Shown: positions 5,160 through 5,926 of the stretch, one piece after another
How positions within the stretch are numbered: the stretch's first letter is position 1
Layout: each line of letters opens with the position of its first letter
NCBI GenBank assembly: GCA_013416795.1
Contig: RQSC01001174.1
Coordinates: 1-5,926 of the forward strand
Length of the DNA: 5,926 nucleotides
Direction of reading: 5' to 3'
DNA from: Prasinococcaceae sp. CCMP 1430
Lineage: Eukaryota > Plantae > Prasinodermophyta
The notes under the pieces: model-generated
What the model saw: only the letters and a program-made list of their open reading frames with translations
Database searches by the model: none
What the model was told of the DNA's origin: nothing
Made by a program: the position numbers and the translations under genes

Positions 5160-5926
5160 TTAGCTCGCGCCGCCGCCGTGACCGCCGCCGCCCCTCCCCC
5201 ATCCTCCGCCCCCCTTGCGCCGCTGCTTGTCCATGAACTTCTGCTTGCCCTTCTCAACGAGCGGGTCCACCACCACGTAGTCGTCCGCGCTCTCGTGGCG
5301 TGCCATCGCGTCCAGCGGATTGGGGCCGGATTCGACCTCCAGCCTGTGGCTGCGCCAGCCGTCGCCGTCGTCGCCGCCCCCGGCCCCCCCGCCGTTGCCG
5401 CCGCCGCCGCCGTCCGCCGCGCCGGCCATGGCCGCCCTGAAGCGCTGCATGCGCGCCAGCGTATCGCTCTCGTCGCCTCCGCGGCGCTTGGCGACGCCGC
5501 CCCTGCCCTTGAGCCCCTTGAGCGCTAGCTTCCCCCCGCGCACCTTGACTCCGCCGATGGTCGCCGGCAGCGGCGCGGCGCGCGCCGTCTGCCGCCGGAC
5601 TGCATCGGCTGCGGGCTGCTGGCTGGCCGCGGGCGCGGGCGCCTGCAGCTGCTGGTCGCGCTGCCTCCGCTCCCCGTGGTCCTCGCCTCCCGCACCAGCG
5701 GCCGCGGCTGCGGCCGCAGCCGCCAGCCTCTGCTTCTGTTCGAGCACTTTCTTCATCATGCGACGGTTGAAGGCGTCGTCATCGTCTTCGTCGTCGTCGT
5801 TGCCATCCCCCTTGCCATCCCCCTTGCCATCCCCCCCGCCATTCCCGCCGCCGGCGCGCCCGCCCGCCGCTGCCCCCGGCGGGCCCATCGACGCCCCATC
5901 AGCAGCGGCGCCCGCGCCCGTCGCCG
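5160..5926 (-). CDS. CWC27: CWC27/CYP57-type spliceosomal cyclophilin, C-terminal part (5' end, with the PPIase domain, outside the window)
   Basis: The frame is open from the window edge (5924) to TAA at 5160-5162. It carries the CWC27-like C-terminal motifs DDDDAFNRRMMKKVLEQKQRL, DTLARMQRFR, WRSHRL and DDYVVVDPLVEKGKQKF. The last matches the plant CYP57 tail DYVVHDPLLEKGKEKF, recalled from memory and not searched. Confidence 0.85.
   Translation of the reverse strand, partial: ATGAGAAADGASMGPPGAAAGGRAGGGNGGGDGKGDGKGDGNDDDEDDDDAFNRRMMKKVLEQKQRLAAAAAAAAAGAGGEDHGERRQRDQQLQAPAPAASQQPAADAVRRQTARAAPLPATIGGVKVRGGKLALKGLKGRGGVAKRRGGDESDTLARMQRFRAAMAGAADGGGGGNGGGAGGGDDGDGWRSHRLEVESGPNPLDAMARHESADDYVVVDPLVEKGKQKFMDKQRRKGGGGWGRGGGGHGGGAS
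5800..5835 (-). repeat. Three perfect 12-bp tandem repeats encoding (GDGK/N)3 in CWC27
   Basis: TTGCCATCCCCC at 5800-5811, 5812-5823 and 5824-5835. Confidence 0.9.

Noticed and set aside
2580-5202. Very long ORFs 2580..4790 (+), 2596..5202 (-) and 2668..4230 (+), and smaller overlaps
   Set aside because: Shadow frames of the GC-rich EH gene. They give Arg/Gly/Pro/Ala-rich translations with no domain, and stop codons are rare at this GC content.

Overview
Very GC- and CpG-rich, gene-dense eukaryotic DNA. It is most likely a unicellular green alga (prasinophyte/chlorophyte-like), inferred from plant-type proteins, a GT-AG intron and TGTAA poly(A) signals. In order: an orphan membrane-anchored coiled-coil ORF (544-1278 +); a CpG-depleted CTAG/GTAC island with MITE-like ends (about 1634-1816); a single N at 1911 followed by the 3' part of a TM9SF/nonaspanin gene (+); a two-exon, two-EH-domain endocytic protein of the AtEH/Pan1-Eps15 type (-); and the 3' part of a CWC27 spliceosomal cyclophilin gene (-). 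The main find is a tRNA-Val(UAC) gene at 5011-5122 (+), between the EH and CWC27 genes. It is split by a 38-nt non-canonical intron in the D-arm (position 22/23) with bulge-helix-bulge-like splice geometry, and has an initiator-like A54/A60 T-loop. Its anticodon loop, read on the opposite strand, is the only TGTAA poly(A) signal available to the convergent CWC27 gene. All analysis was by eye; no searches were run.
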